Below are positions 10,393-20,018 of a stretch of DNA of 64,000 nt, in pieces. Position 1 is the stretch's first letter. Each line of letters begins with the position of its first letter. The notes beneath the pieces are model-generated. The model was not told the DNA's origin. It saw only the letters and a list, made by a program, of their open reading frames with translations, and did no database searches. The position numbers and the translations under genes are program-made. The stretch is from contig JADHYC010000002.1 in the NCBI GenBank assembly GCA_016782645.1, positions 20,324-84,323 on the forward strand, written 5' to 3'. This DNA comes from Fidelibacterota bacterium. GTDB taxonomy: Bacteria; Fidelibacterota; UBA2242.

Positions 10393-12141
10393 TTATTTTC
10401 TTTTGTCTTTAGACTGTAATTCTCGAAATTTTTGGATAGCAGTTTTCTTTACTTTTTTAGGTTTAGACTTTGGCGGTAGATATTTTTGCTGAAGGATGGA
10501 AAGAATATTGAACAAAGTGTAGTAAAGATTTAGCCCAGACGGAAATTGATTGAATATAAAGAACATCATAATAGGCATAAAATACATCATCATTTTCTGT
10601 TGAGGGTTTCCGGAGGCTGTAGCGGTTGTGAGCTTCTGTTGAAGTATAGTAGTGAGAGCCATTATTAATGGAAGAACGTTTACATATTGACCATAAATAG
10701 GAATTGTAAAGGGCAGCGTAAAGATAGTATCAGGAGCTGAAAGGTCTGTTATCCAAAGTATAAATGGTGCGTGACGGAGCTCAATCGTTGAGCGGAAAAT
10801 GGAAAAGAGGGCAATAAAAATTGGCATTTGTAACAGTAATGGCAAACAACCGCCCATTGGGTTGACACCATGCTCTTTATATAATTTCATTGTAGCGGTA
10901 TTTATTTTCTGAGGATCCTTTTGGTATTTCTCTTTTAAGGCATCAATTTTTGGCTTTAGGTTCTGCATCTCCTTCATTGATCGCGTAGATTTGTTAGTAA
11001 GGGGAGAAAGGACAATCTTTACTAATATCGAGAAAATAATAAGAACCCAGCCGTAATTAGGAATGAGTGTATTGAGTTTTATGAATGTCCATAGAATGCC
11101 CTTGCTTATTGGTTGAATTAATTTAAACCCGAAAGTCATGATATGTTCAAGGTGGACAGATAAACCTTTGATGATCGAATATTCAAGTGGACCGATAAAA
11201 ATAGTGGTATTTGAGGGTAAATTTAAAGGAAGCATTAAATGCATTGTAAAAATTTTCTGAAACTCTTTTTCATTTAAAGGAATTCCTTCTCCGGTAAGTT
11301 TATAACCAAGCCCGGGATTTTCAGGTATAAAAGATGCTGCAAAATATTTTGTTCTTATTGCTGTCCAGCGGGTTGAGCCCTCGGACTTAGATTGTCCTTT
11401 TTTACCGGATTTTATATTGAGGTTTTCAAATTCTCCACCGCTATATGCGTATGCCTTTGAATAGTAAATATCATCCTTAAGGAAAGATTCTGTATACGAC
11501 AACCCTCCATCCCAGGACAATTCATAAAAATTTGTAGCAAGATCATCCTGAATGCCGGTTAGATCAGTTTCAAGATCAATAGTGTATTTATTTCCGTGGA
11601 ATATGAAAGTCTTTTTTACTAATACAGAATTTTGGTTTGTTAAAACAAATGACATTGTAATAGAATTATCTCCAGAAACAGAGAAATAGCCTTTGCTCAC
11701 AGGCTCCATGCCCACATAATCAAGTTTAAAATTCTGGTTAAGTTCAATAGAATCCCCGTCAATTGAAATATAGCTAATTAAAAGAGGGGGTTTTCTGTTA
11801 CCGTTTATAAGTTGTACTAATGTAGTATCTCTGTCTTTTCTCACCTCATAATTTTTTAGAATGAAGCTTTTAATAGTTCCTCCACCCTCTGATGAAATAG
11901 TCGCTTTATATAGATCTGTTTCTATCGTGTATATCCTTATAGTGCTGGTATCTATGGGGGATCTCTTTGTTAGAACGGGTTGTTTTTCGGTGATCAGTTT
12001 GGCAGTCTCTTCTTTGGCTTCGTGTTTAATGGCTTGTTGTGGTTCTTGCTGAGCATTTTTATTTATCAGCTTAAAGTAGGGTTGTATTAAAATGATTATT
12101 ATAAATATTAGTATAAAACCGAGAATTGATTTTTTATCCAT
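10393..12141 (-). CDS. yidC: Membrane protein insertase YidC
   Basis: N-terminal TM, large periplasmic domain, NYGWVLIIFSILVK, GVNPMGGCLPLLLQMPIF, WITDLSAPD, PSGLNLYY. Confidence 0.97.
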   Translation of the reverse strand: MDKKSILGFILIFIIIILIQPYFKLINKNAQQEPQQAIKHEAKEETAKLITEKQPVLTKRSPIDTSTIRIYTIETDLYKATISSEGGGTIKSFILKNYEVRKDRDTTLVQLINGNRKPPLLISYISIDGDSIELNQNFKLDYVGMEPVSKGYFSVSGDNSITMSFVLTNQNSVLVKKTFIFHGNKYTIDLETDLTGIQDDLATNFYELSWDGGLSYTESFLKDDIYYSKAYAYSGGEFENLNIKSGKKGQSKSEGSTRWTAIRTKYFAASFIPENPGLGYKLTGEGIPLNEKEFQKIFTMHLMLPLNLPSNTTIFIGPLEYSIIKGLSVHLEHIMTFGFKLIQPISKGILWTFIKLNTLIPNYGWVLIIFSILVKIVLSPLTNKSTRSMKEMQNLKPKIDALKEKYQKDPQKINTATMKLYKEHGVNPMGGCLPLLLQMPIFIALFSIFRSTIELRHAPFILWITDLSAPDTIFTLPFTIPIYGQYVNVLPLIMALTTILQQKLTTATASGNPQQKMMMYFMPIMMFFIFNQFPSGLNLYYTLFNILSILQQKYLPPKSKPKKVKKTAIQKFRELQSKDKRK

Positions 12142-12146
12142 ATTTA

Positions 12147-12377
12147 TTATTCCTTAATATGGGGTAGTGGATCGTACCCACCTGGATTAAAAGGGTGGCA
12201 CTTTAGAATTCTTTTTATTGATAAGTATACCGCTTGATGCAATCTATATTTTTTAAAAGCTTCAAGCGCGTAATTTGAACAGGTCGGATAGAACCGGCAA
12301 GATTTTGGGAGAAAGGGAGTTATTATTAATTGGTATGTTTTTATAATTGCGATAAAAATGTTGTTTAGTATATTCAT
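12147..12377 (-). CDS. yidD: Membrane protein insertion efficiency factor YidD
   Basis: CRFYPTCSNYA...RILKCHPFNPGGYDP. Confidence 0.96.
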   Translation of the reverse strand: MNILNNIFIAIIKTYQLIITPFLPKSCRFYPTCSNYALEAFKKYRLHQAVYLSIKRILKCHPFNPGGYDPLPHIKE

Positions 12378-12757
12378 TTATTATTAACGAGATTTTCTAT
12401 TATGACAGCTTGCAATTCATGATAAGACAACTTTTTTGGATTTGATTTGACCGTGAACAGCACCGCCATAGGTTTAGAAAAAAATGGTTTAGTGGTGCGA
12501 TATACTTCACGAATGATTCTCTTTATCCTATTTCTTTTATAAGCTCCTTTAACATTTTTTTTTATCACAATTGATAATTCCCATTTGTCCCGAGGAAAAG
12601 CAGATATTAATATAGAATCGTATTTTATTGGTTTTATACGTGAAATAGCTAAAAAGTGTTTTTTCCAATCAACCAGCCTTTCACTCTTTCGAAGCTTAAG
12701 CTGAAAGCGCTTTTCTTCCTTTTGCTCGTCTTCTGGCGAGTATCTTTCTGCCGCCAT
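12374..12757 (-). CDS. rnpA: Ribonuclease P protein component (N-terminus overlaps rpmH)
   Basis: LRKSERL start motif, RNR motif [16 protein letters not shown]; position between rpmH and yidD. Confidence 0.88.
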   Translation of the reverse strand: MAAERYSPEDEQKEEKRFQLKLRKSERLVDWKKHFLAISRIKPIKYDSILISAFPRDKWELSIVIKKNVKGAYKRNRIKRIIREVYRTTKPFFSKPMAVLFTVKSNPKKLSYHELQAVIIENLVNNK

Positions 12758-12830
12758 TTGTGCTCATTCTTTCTCTAAAACCGTGTTTGTTTTTTCTTTT
12801 TCTATTACTCGGTTGATATGTTCTTTTCAT
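12696..12830 (-). CDS. rpmH: 50S ribosomal protein L34 (not in the ORF track)
   Basis: Manual translation [44 protein letters not shown]; GAGGT SD upstream. Confidence 0.97.
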   Translation of the reverse strand: MKRTYQPSNRKRKNKHGFRERMSTNGGRKILARRRAKGRKALSA

Positions 12831-13240
12831 TTAGTACCTCAATAGTTTTTCAAATCCGCCTAATTTAAGTTATTTTAATAAACTATCAATATGTTTATTA
12901 CCGTTTATTTAGGCAAAGTTATTGATTTTTAAACCTTTTTCTTGACATTTTCTTGATACAGATTATTTTATAGTGTAGAGAAAGAGAGGGGTGTTGATAA
13001 GTGGTTAACAATTCGATCCAATGTGTGTATTTCTGCTTGGCTTTTAATGACTTCTATAGCCCATCTATGAAAAATCTTTATATTAAAAGAGCAATTTATT
13101 TTTCTAAACTATTGATTTTTCAAGTTGTTGCGAACTAGCGAGAGATGTGAGAGCGTTTTTTTCGCTTTGAAAATTTGCTCTTTCTGTTATTTTTTGCTTT
13201 TATTTTAAACGTTAAATAAGGTTGTTGATAACTTGGATAA
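12831..13240. other. Probable oriC / dnaA regulatory region
   Basis: rpmH-dnaA divergent gap; DnaA-box variants TGTTGATAA (12992-13000, 13223-13231) each followed by a 2-mismatch box; IHF-consensus TAAACTATTGATT (13105-13117); AT-rich; gene orientation switches here; parS nearby. Confidence 0.7.
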
Positions 13241-14642
13241 TGAAGGCTCTTTAAATACTGTTCAGAATTTAGATTGTCAAGCTGTTTGGAACAATTGCCT
13301 TGATTATATAAGGCCAAAAGTTCCTACTCAAACATTTGATACATGGTTTAGACCAATTAAAGCAATTTCGCTAACAGACGAGGAGCTTTTTCTTCAGGTT
13401 CCAAACAAATTTTTCTATGATTGGATAGATAGCCATTACAAAGAAATTCTACACAGAACTCTAAGAGAGTTAATGGGAAGTGGCTTGTTAATAAAATATA
13501 CAGTGCTTTTGGCAGAAGACACCGAGGAGAAACACGATTTGGTTAAATCGTCTCTTAATGAGCCTTCCCTTGCTAATGAAGTTGTTGTTAAGACCGGGAT
13601 GCTTGAAAAGGGAACAAGGATTAATGAGGGCTATATTTTTGACAATTTTGTTGTAGGGAGTTGTAATCAGTTTGCAAAAGCCGCTGCTGTGGCGGTTGCA
13701 AACGCACCGGGGAGAACATCATTTAATCCACTGGTTATATATGGTGGCACCGGGCTTGGGAAGACACATCTCTTACAAGCTATAGGAAATGAAACGCTTT
13801 CTACGGGTAGAGCAAGGAAAGTTACATACGTATCCAGTGATACTTTTACACTAGATTTTATCGCAGCAATTCAGAAGAACAAAACAACAGATTTTTCGAG
13901 ATATTATAGAAGCTTTGACATGCTACTCCTGGATGACATTCAATTTTTTCAAGGTAAGGAGCAAACACAGGAACAGTTCTTTCATATATTTAATGATCTT
14001 TATCAGCGCCGCAGGCAAATTGTTCTAACTACAGACAGACAGCCAATGGAATTGCGCGGTTTGCAGGAAAGGTTGCTTTCACGTTTTCAATCTGCGCTTA
14101 CAGTGGATATTCAGCCACCTGATTTAGAAACAAGAATAGCAATTCTTCAGCAAAAGGCAATGCACGACGGACTGGATATTCCATACGAAATCATTGAGTA
14201 TCTTGCCACTAATATTCGTTCGAATATAAGGGAATTAGAAGGGGCAATGATCCGACTTTTGGCTTATTCATCTCTATTGCAGGTTGACATTGATCTGGGC
14301 TTGGCACAAAAAGTACTTAGAGAATTTATAGGTTCTGGACATGCTTCTTTAATATCCATTGAAAGCATTCAAGGGGTGGTAAGTAGTTCTTATAAAGTAA
14401 ATTTAGATCAAATGATCGGGAAGATCCGGACAAAAGAAGTTGCCGAAGCACGAATGGTGGCGATGTATTTCGCTAGAGAGTATACCAATTTATCATTAAA
14501 AACCATTGGTCTTTACTTTGGCGGACGTGATCATTCAACAGTTGTACATGCCTGTAAATGGGTTGAGTCTAAAGTTGCAGAAGAGCCTCAGTTTTCACAG
14601 CGATTTTCCTTTATGAAGAATAAAATAGAATCTACTATATAA
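13233..14642 (+). CDS. dnaA: Chromosomal replication initiator DnaA
   Basis: TFDTWF N-domain, YIFDNFVVG, FNPLVIYGGTGLGKTHLL, LLLDDIQF, domain IV GGRDHSTVVHA; TTG start. Confidence 0.98.
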   Translation: MDNEGSLNTVQNLDCQAVWNNCLDYIRPKVPTQTFDTWFRPIKAISLTDEELFLQVPNKFFYDWIDSHYKEILHRTLRELMGSGLLIKYTVLLAEDTEEKHDLVKSSLNEPSLANEVVVKTGMLEKGTRINEGYIFDNFVVGSCNQFAKAAAVAVANAPGRTSFNPLVIYGGTGLGKTHLLQAIGNETLSTGRARKVTYVSSDTFTLDFIAAIQKNKTTDFSRYYRSFDMLLLDDIQFFQGKEQTQEQFFHIFNDLYQRRRQIVLTTDRQPMELRGLQERLLSRFQSALTVDIQPPDLETRIAILQQKAMHDGLDIPYEIIEYLATNIRSNIRELEGAMIRLLAYSSLLQVDIDLGLAQKVLREFIGSGHASLISIESIQGVVSSSYKVNLDQMIGKIRTKEVAEARMVAMYFAREYTNLSLKTIGLYFGGRDHSTVVHACKWVESKVAEEPQFSQRFSFMKNKIESTI

Positions 14643-14746
14643 TCATAAATTACGATGAAGTTTTCAGTCTGAATTTCTTTATTGTTTTTTGTTCGCCTTT
14701 TATTTATCTTTTGTTCATGTGTTGTATACTATAAAAGGAGGTGAGC

Positions 14747-15352
14747 ATGTATCTAACAAAAAGGCAGCGCGAAATTTTAGATTTTTTGAAAATTTACATC
14801 TCGAAACATGGCTATTCTCCAACATTTCAAGAAATAGCCAAACAGTTTAATTTCAGCTCAAAGGGCACTGTTTATAAACACCTGTTGAATCTCAAAGAAA
14901 AGGGTTTTATTACGAAAAGTTGGAACAAATCGAGATCAATAGAGCTGACATCAGATATTGCTGAAATGGCAATAGTACAATTACCATTGCTTGGCTATGT
15001 AAAAGCTGGTCAACCTATAGAAGCGATTACTGAATATAACACTATGGCGGTTCCCTCTGATTTAGTTAGGAAAGGACGGCACTATGTTTTAATGGTTAAA
15101 GGTGATTCGATGATAGAGGAGCATATAAGAGATGGAGATTTTGTTATTGTTAAAGAACAACAAGCTGCTGAAAATGGTGAGGTTGTTATTGCCTTAGTTG
15201 GGGGTACAGAGGTTACAATAAAGAAATTTTATAGAGAGAATGGATCAGTTCGACTGCAGCCTGCTAATGCAGATCTTGAGCCCCTCATTTTGCCAGAAGA
15301 GTCTGTTGCAGTACAAGGCATTGTAGTTGGTATTTTAAGAAAATTCATTTAA
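14747..15352 (+). CDS. lexA: SOS repressor LexA
   Basis: LTKRQREILDF...SPTFQEIA winged helix, Ala-Gly cleavage site (VKAGQP), VKGDSM Ser, VTIKKF Lys; ATG 14747 follows AGGAGGTG SD (track starts at GTG 14741). Confidence 0.96.
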   Translation: MYLTKRQREILDFLKIYISKHGYSPTFQEIAKQFNFSSKGTVYKHLLNLKEKGFITKSWNKSRSIELTSDIAEMAIVQLPLLGYVKAGQPIEAITEYNTMAVPSDLVRKGRHYVLMVKGDSMIEEHIRDGDFVIVKEQQAAENGEVVIALVGGTEVTIKKFYRENGSVRLQPANADLEPLILPEESVAVQGIVVGILRKFI

Positions 15353-15635
15353 AATGAAAAATTTAATACATACCATAAGTAAGTATCTAACAATTATAGA
15401 TTAGCTCATATATGCCGATTTTATTTATATAGGAACTTTTTTTATTGTTATATGATATATGCAAAGATTCTGAATCTGATTTATTTCGCGATGATAGGAA
15501 ATTGAAGATTTTCGATCACGTTCCAATTTTAATGATTCTCTATATAGTAAGATAAGAAAGAATACTACTTAGGAGAAGAGATGTTTTTTAATATAGAAAG
15601 TTATCGGGTTTAATGGTTTGTTTAAAAAACATATA

Positions 15636-15664
15636 TTGACAATTAGACATTCTTTTTGTATAAT
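15636..15664 (+). promoter_or_regulatory. Consensus sigma70 promoter for ssb
   Basis: TTGACA-17 nt-TATAAT, perfect match, 73 nt before the ssb ATG. Confidence 0.85.
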
Positions 15665-15737
15665 AATGGCAAAATACCGCAATTTCGTTAAAAGAGCGGT
15701 GGAGCGTTGTTTATCAATTTAAAAATGGAGGAGGTCT

Positions 15738-16154
15738 ATGTACAGAGGAAGTGTTAACAAGGTAATTCTTGTAGGTCATTTAGGAAAAGATCCTGAAGTA
15801 CGTTACACCCCTGGGGGTGATGCCGTTGCTGATGTTTCTTTAGCTACAAAGGAAGTTTACAAAAACAAAGAAGGGGAGCGTATTGAACGCACAGAGTGGC
15901 ATAATCTTGTCTTATGGCGCGGTCAAGCTGAGTTTGCTAAGGAGTGGTTGAAAAAGGGACAACTCGTTTATGCTGAAGGACGGCTTCAAACCAGAAAATG
16001 GGAGGATAAAGAAGGTCAGAAAAAATATAAAACAGAAATACAGGTTGATCAGATCACAACACTGGGTAGTTTTATCGGCCGTTCTAAAGATGAGGGTGTA
16101 CCTAAGACTGAAAAGGAATCTGAAAAAGAAGTTGACGAAGAGATCCCTTTTTGA
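15738..16154 (+). CDS. ssb: Single-stranded DNA-binding protein
   Basis: [36 protein letters not shown], acidic tail DEEIPF; GGAGGAGG SD. Confidence 0.97.
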   Translation: MYRGSVNKVILVGHLGKDPEVRYTPGGDAVADVSLATKEVYKNKEGERIERTEWHNLVLWRGQAEFAKEWLKKGQLVYAEGRLQTRKWEDKEGQKKYKTEIQVDQITTLGSFIGRSKDEGVPKTEKESEKEVDEEIPF

Positions 16155-16167
16155 TGTAATTTCCATG

Positions 16168-16190
16168 GGGTGATTTTAATCGCCCTTTTT
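16168..16190 (+). terminator. Intrinsic terminator after ssb
   Basis: GGGTGAT-TTTA-ATCGCCC followed by TTTTT. Confidence 0.7.
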
Positions 16191-16349
16191 AATATCGGAC
16201 TATAGTCATATAATCTGTGTAGATTTTTAGGGATTATTTTCTAAACCCTAAAATTTGCAGTGTGGACTAATACTCCACCAAAGATAAGCTTGTATATTTG
16301 ATTAACGTTATTGCTTTTATTGGGATACGGACACTAAAGATTTTTATTT

Positions 16350-18008
16350 TTAGTAGGTAAAGGAGCTTTTCCCGATGAATTCTCGAAGTATTGAAGTAGG
16401 AGAAATCTCATGGTCATCAATGGGAAGAGAGTATGATAGAAAATCCAACAGCCTTTTAGACTCGGGATAACTGCTGTCATCTTCTGGGACTTTATTAAGT
16501 GCTTCTTCAGCATATTTCTTCAAAACCCCGAATTCATAAGCGAGAGAAGAATTAAACATTATATTAGATTCTTCCTGAAAGGGAAAGATATATTTCTTTT
16601 CTCCTAAAACAACATTTTGCCACATTTTTATTGTTTCAGAGGCAGAATAGCCACGATATTTGTAGTCGCGGACAATTCTACGTATTAACCTTGCATCATG
16701 AGTTGATATTCTATTTGAATTGTCAAAATTAAGGTGAGTTAGTGCACTTATGTATATTTTGTATTTATATGAATCGTCAATATTGTTAGTTAGTCCCGGA
16801 TTTAGCCCGTGTATTCCCTCTATAATAAAGAGGGTCTTTTTATTGGCAATTATTTCATTATTTCCCCAGTTCTTTTTACCGAGTTTGAAATCGTATTTTG
16901 GTAGAAATACAGGCTTTCCGCTTAAAAGTTGGGAGAGGTGGGAATTCAACAAATCAAGATCAATAGCCTCTAAAACTTCGTAGTTTATATTTTTTCTTTG
17001 CTTATTGATTATTTCGTCTCTGTTTAAAAAGTAGTTATCCAAAGATAATGTAACTGCTTTATACCCCAGGACCCGCAGTTGTATATAAAGTCTCATCATA
17101 AAGGTTGTTTTTCCCGAAGAAGAAGGTCCGGCAATAAAAATGAGTCTGCGATCATTGTTCTGTTTAGCAATAGAGTCAGCAATTATTGCTATTTTTTTCT
17201 CATGTAAGGCTTCCGATATCTTTATCATGTCTGATATTTTTTTATTTACAATAAGTCTGTTTACATGACTGATATCCGTTGTTTCTAAGATCTCACCCCA
17301 CCTCTCAGCTTCGTTGAATATTTGACATAACCGATTCTGCTTTACAAAGGCAGGTAGTCTTTCGGGCTCTGGTTCTATTGGATACTTTAGTACGAAACCA
17401 GTCGAGTAAGTTTGTAAAGCAAATAATTTTATCAGCCCAGTATTTGGAGCTGGCGGACTTGAAAGCCAAGATTTTTTATCTTCAATAGAGTAAAGTAAGG
17501 CGTTTTTTCTATTGGAATATTTGAGAAGTTCTGCAGAGTCGTTTCTCCCAATTTGTTTGAAATATTTTATGGCTTTTAATCGCGATGTAATAAAGGGCTT
17601 TATTTCAAGATTTTTTTTAATAATGTCATTGAAAGCATTAATTAGCTTTTGAACAGTTTCGTCGTCTATGGATTTTTTCTTGTAAAATTTACAAAACAGA
17701 CCTTCACAAATACTATGTGAAATAATTAGTTTTTCTTCAGGAAATATTTGTTGAGCAGCGTGTGTGAGAATTAATGCTGCAGTATTTTCATATGCCCTTT
17801 TTAATGGCTCGTCATAATCCCTAATGGTCACAATTTTTGTGTCTTCTTCAATTTTAGTGTTAAGAGAAGCCATCTGCCCATTTGAAATTACCAAGTATTG
17901 TGAATATGTGTTTGAAGGAACGTGCTCTTTTAGAATTTCTTTAACGCTTCTTCCTTTCCGCTCCTTCAGTTTTACAGTGTCGTTGATTGTGATATTAACA
18001 GCTTCCAT
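16350..18008 (-). CDS. Nucleoside/uridine kinase family protein with N-terminal ThrRS-like (TGS/editing) region
   Basis: N-half resembles ThrRS N-terminus (AYENTAALILTHAAQQIFP, AIKYFKQIG); C-half IAGPSSSGKTT, LSLDNYF, IIEGIHGLNP, RLIRRIVRD. Confidence 0.82.
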   Translation of the reverse strand: MEAVNITINDTVKLKERKGRSVKEILKEHVPSNTYSQYLVISNGQMASLNTKIEEDTKIVTIRDYDEPLKRAYENTAALILTHAAQQIFPEEKLIISHSICEGLFCKFYKKKSIDDETVQKLINAFNDIIKKNLEIKPFITSRLKAIKYFKQIGRNDSAELLKYSNRKNALLYSIEDKKSWLSSPPAPNTGLIKLFALQTYSTGFVLKYPIEPEPERLPAFVKQNRLCQIFNEAERWGEILETTDISHVNRLIVNKKISDMIKISEALHEKKIAIIADSIAKQNNDRRLIFIAGPSSSGKTTFMMRLYIQLRVLGYKAVTLSLDNYFLNRDEIINKQRKNINYEVLEAIDLDLLNSHLSQLLSGKPVFLPKYDFKLGKKNWGNNEIIANKKTLFIIEGIHGLNPGLTNNIDDSYKYKIYISALTHLNFDNSNRISTHDARLIRRIVRDYKYRGYSASETIKMWQNVVLGEKKYIFPFQEESNIMFNSSLAYEFGVLKKYAEEALNKVPEDDSSYPESKRLLDFLSYSLPIDDHEISPTSILREFIGKSSFTY

Positions 18009-18758
18009 TGGCAGGGAAATTATATAAATATTTGTAAAAAATAAAGGATTGTGTTTTCAACCAAATTCCGATATTATAGTTGAAGATAACCTCGTATCAA
18101 AGAGATCACAGGGATAAATAATGAAATTACAAGAAAATAAGGAGTAAAAACGAAATCACATATAAGTTGAAAAAATGATTGATAGAATATCTTCCTTTTT
18201 AGTTACTAAATTAAAAGAATAATCAACTGATTATGGCTAATGCAATCTATTTTACTATTGATATGTTAACTTAAAAATTTTGTCAAATTGATTCAAATGT
18301 TAATATTACCCAAACATTGGTTAAAGCAAACTATCGCTTTAAACGATGAAAAAAACTCAACAAATACCAATGTGATATATTTTTTTGTTTCAATGTCGGA
18401 ATTTGGGCTAAGTATGGGGAATTGATCTGAAAAATTTCTTATGGCATGTTTATAAATTATCTAAGTCCATTTACATTTAGAGCCTCATTTATTCTCTAAA
18501 GCAGTTCTTAGGAACATTGCTTCATCATGGCCGGATTTATTTCTACCCGTAACTGATAAATTACTGTTTCTAACTTTCTCTTGGAATTGCTCCTCTTATT
18601 TATTATTATTCACTTGCTTGAGTTAATTAACATAGCATAACTTATTTGAAAGCAGAATATAAAAAGATTGAATATTCTATTTTTTACCTCATTTTAATAT
18701 AAAACCATTTTTCTTTTAAGACTTAAATATGTAAATGACATAAAATATATAATAGATA

Positions 18759-19823
18759 ATGAGTATAATATCGAATAATTTATTTGTAAAAAAATTAGCA
18801 GAAAATAGTATCTGGCTATTTGCGTTCGGATATTTCGCCTGTTATGTACCCTATAGTTTTATGACAAAAGTTTTGAGTAAAGGTTTAATTCCTAGTCTCA
18901 ACGGTCAAAGTTTAGCCGGTTTTTCAATTCTTCCTGTAACGGGAATTGCTACCTTAATAACAATGTTGATTTTCATTACATTGATGGGTTGGTGGAAATA
19001 TGCTTCACATACAAAGATCATGGGTTTGAATATTCCTCACCCGACACGCTGGACTTTCCTATCAGGGCTATGTACTTCACTTATTATCGGAACTACTACT
19101 CTTGCCTATACTTTCGAAGGCGTAAGCATTTTATTTGCTATGTTTCTGATGCGTGGCGGTGTTCTTATAATCGCACCTATCATTGATGCTATATCAAAAC
19201 GACATGTGCGATGGTTCGCCTGGGCGGGACTGGTTGGCGCTATGTGTGCCTTGCTTGTCAGTTTACTCGATACCGATGGTTATAATATTCCATTTCTTTG
19301 TGTAATAGTCATTTCTATTTACATTGCAAGTTATTTTATACGGTTTCAATTCATGAGCAAACTAGCTAAAACTGAAAAGAAAGGTACGAACCTGCGTTAC
19401 TTCGTCGAAGAACAGATTGTATCTACACCAACCCTGGTTATTATACTTGTACTCACAGCTATTTTGGGAAGAGGAGAAATTTCTGATGCAGTCCGATGCG
19501 GTTTCTCAGCACATTGGTGTATGCCTTATCTATGGGCAATCATAATTGTTGGTGTTTTTTCGCAGGGCACTGGAATATTTGGCACACTAGTATTTCTTGA
19601 CAAAAGTGAGAACACCTACTGCATTCCCATTAACCGTGCTTCGAGCATATTAGCCGGTGTCATCGCAATGTATCTTCTAACAATGTACCCAAATCAACAT
19701 GCACCGCAGACAAGTCAGCTCATTGGTGCCAGTTTCATTGTCATTTCCATACTTTTTATGAGCATACCTCCAATGCTGGCCAATCGAGAAACCTGCCTAC
19801 AACATACAGAACAAAGTAAATAA
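18759..19823 (+). CDS. Uncharacterised polytopic membrane protein (about 10 TM; DMT/EamA-like)
   Basis: Repeated hydrophobic segments arranged as two halves; no recognised catalytic motif. Confidence 0.6.
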   Translation: MSIISNNLFVKKLAENSIWLFAFGYFACYVPYSFMTKVLSKGLIPSLNGQSLAGFSILPVTGIATLITMLIFITLMGWWKYASHTKIMGLNIPHPTRWTFLSGLCTSLIIGTTTLAYTFEGVSILFAMFLMRGGVLIIAPIIDAISKRHVRWFAWAGLVGAMCALLVSLLDTDGYNIPFLCVIVISIYIASYFIRFQFMSKLAKTEKKGTNLRYFVEEQIVSTPTLVIILVLTAILGRGEISDAVRCGFSAHWCMPYLWAIIIVGVFSQGTGIFGTLVFLDKSENTYCIPINRASSILAGVIAMYLLTMYPNQHAPQTSQLIGASFIVISILFMSIPPMLANRETCLQHTEQSK

Positions 19824-20018
19824 AGATTTATATTCTACAGACAAAGAATATTTTAGTAAAGGAGAAAGAAAAAAATAAGAAAATTACTTAAGGACGGACT
19901 CGGAACCCTGCGACGCATTGCTCCTTGCCATTGGCTCGTTCATATAAAAGCGGGCTATTTATCCTTAGCAAATAGAAGAGAGAATTCACACAGATAGTAA
20001 TTATAAACTTCAAGAGAT

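Noticed and set aside
18009-18758. Hidden genes in long AT-rich gaps (also 27601-28283, 32972-33326, 47204-47627)
   Set aside because: Manual translation gave only short frames without starts or recognisable motifs; tBLASTx would be needed to detect remnants.
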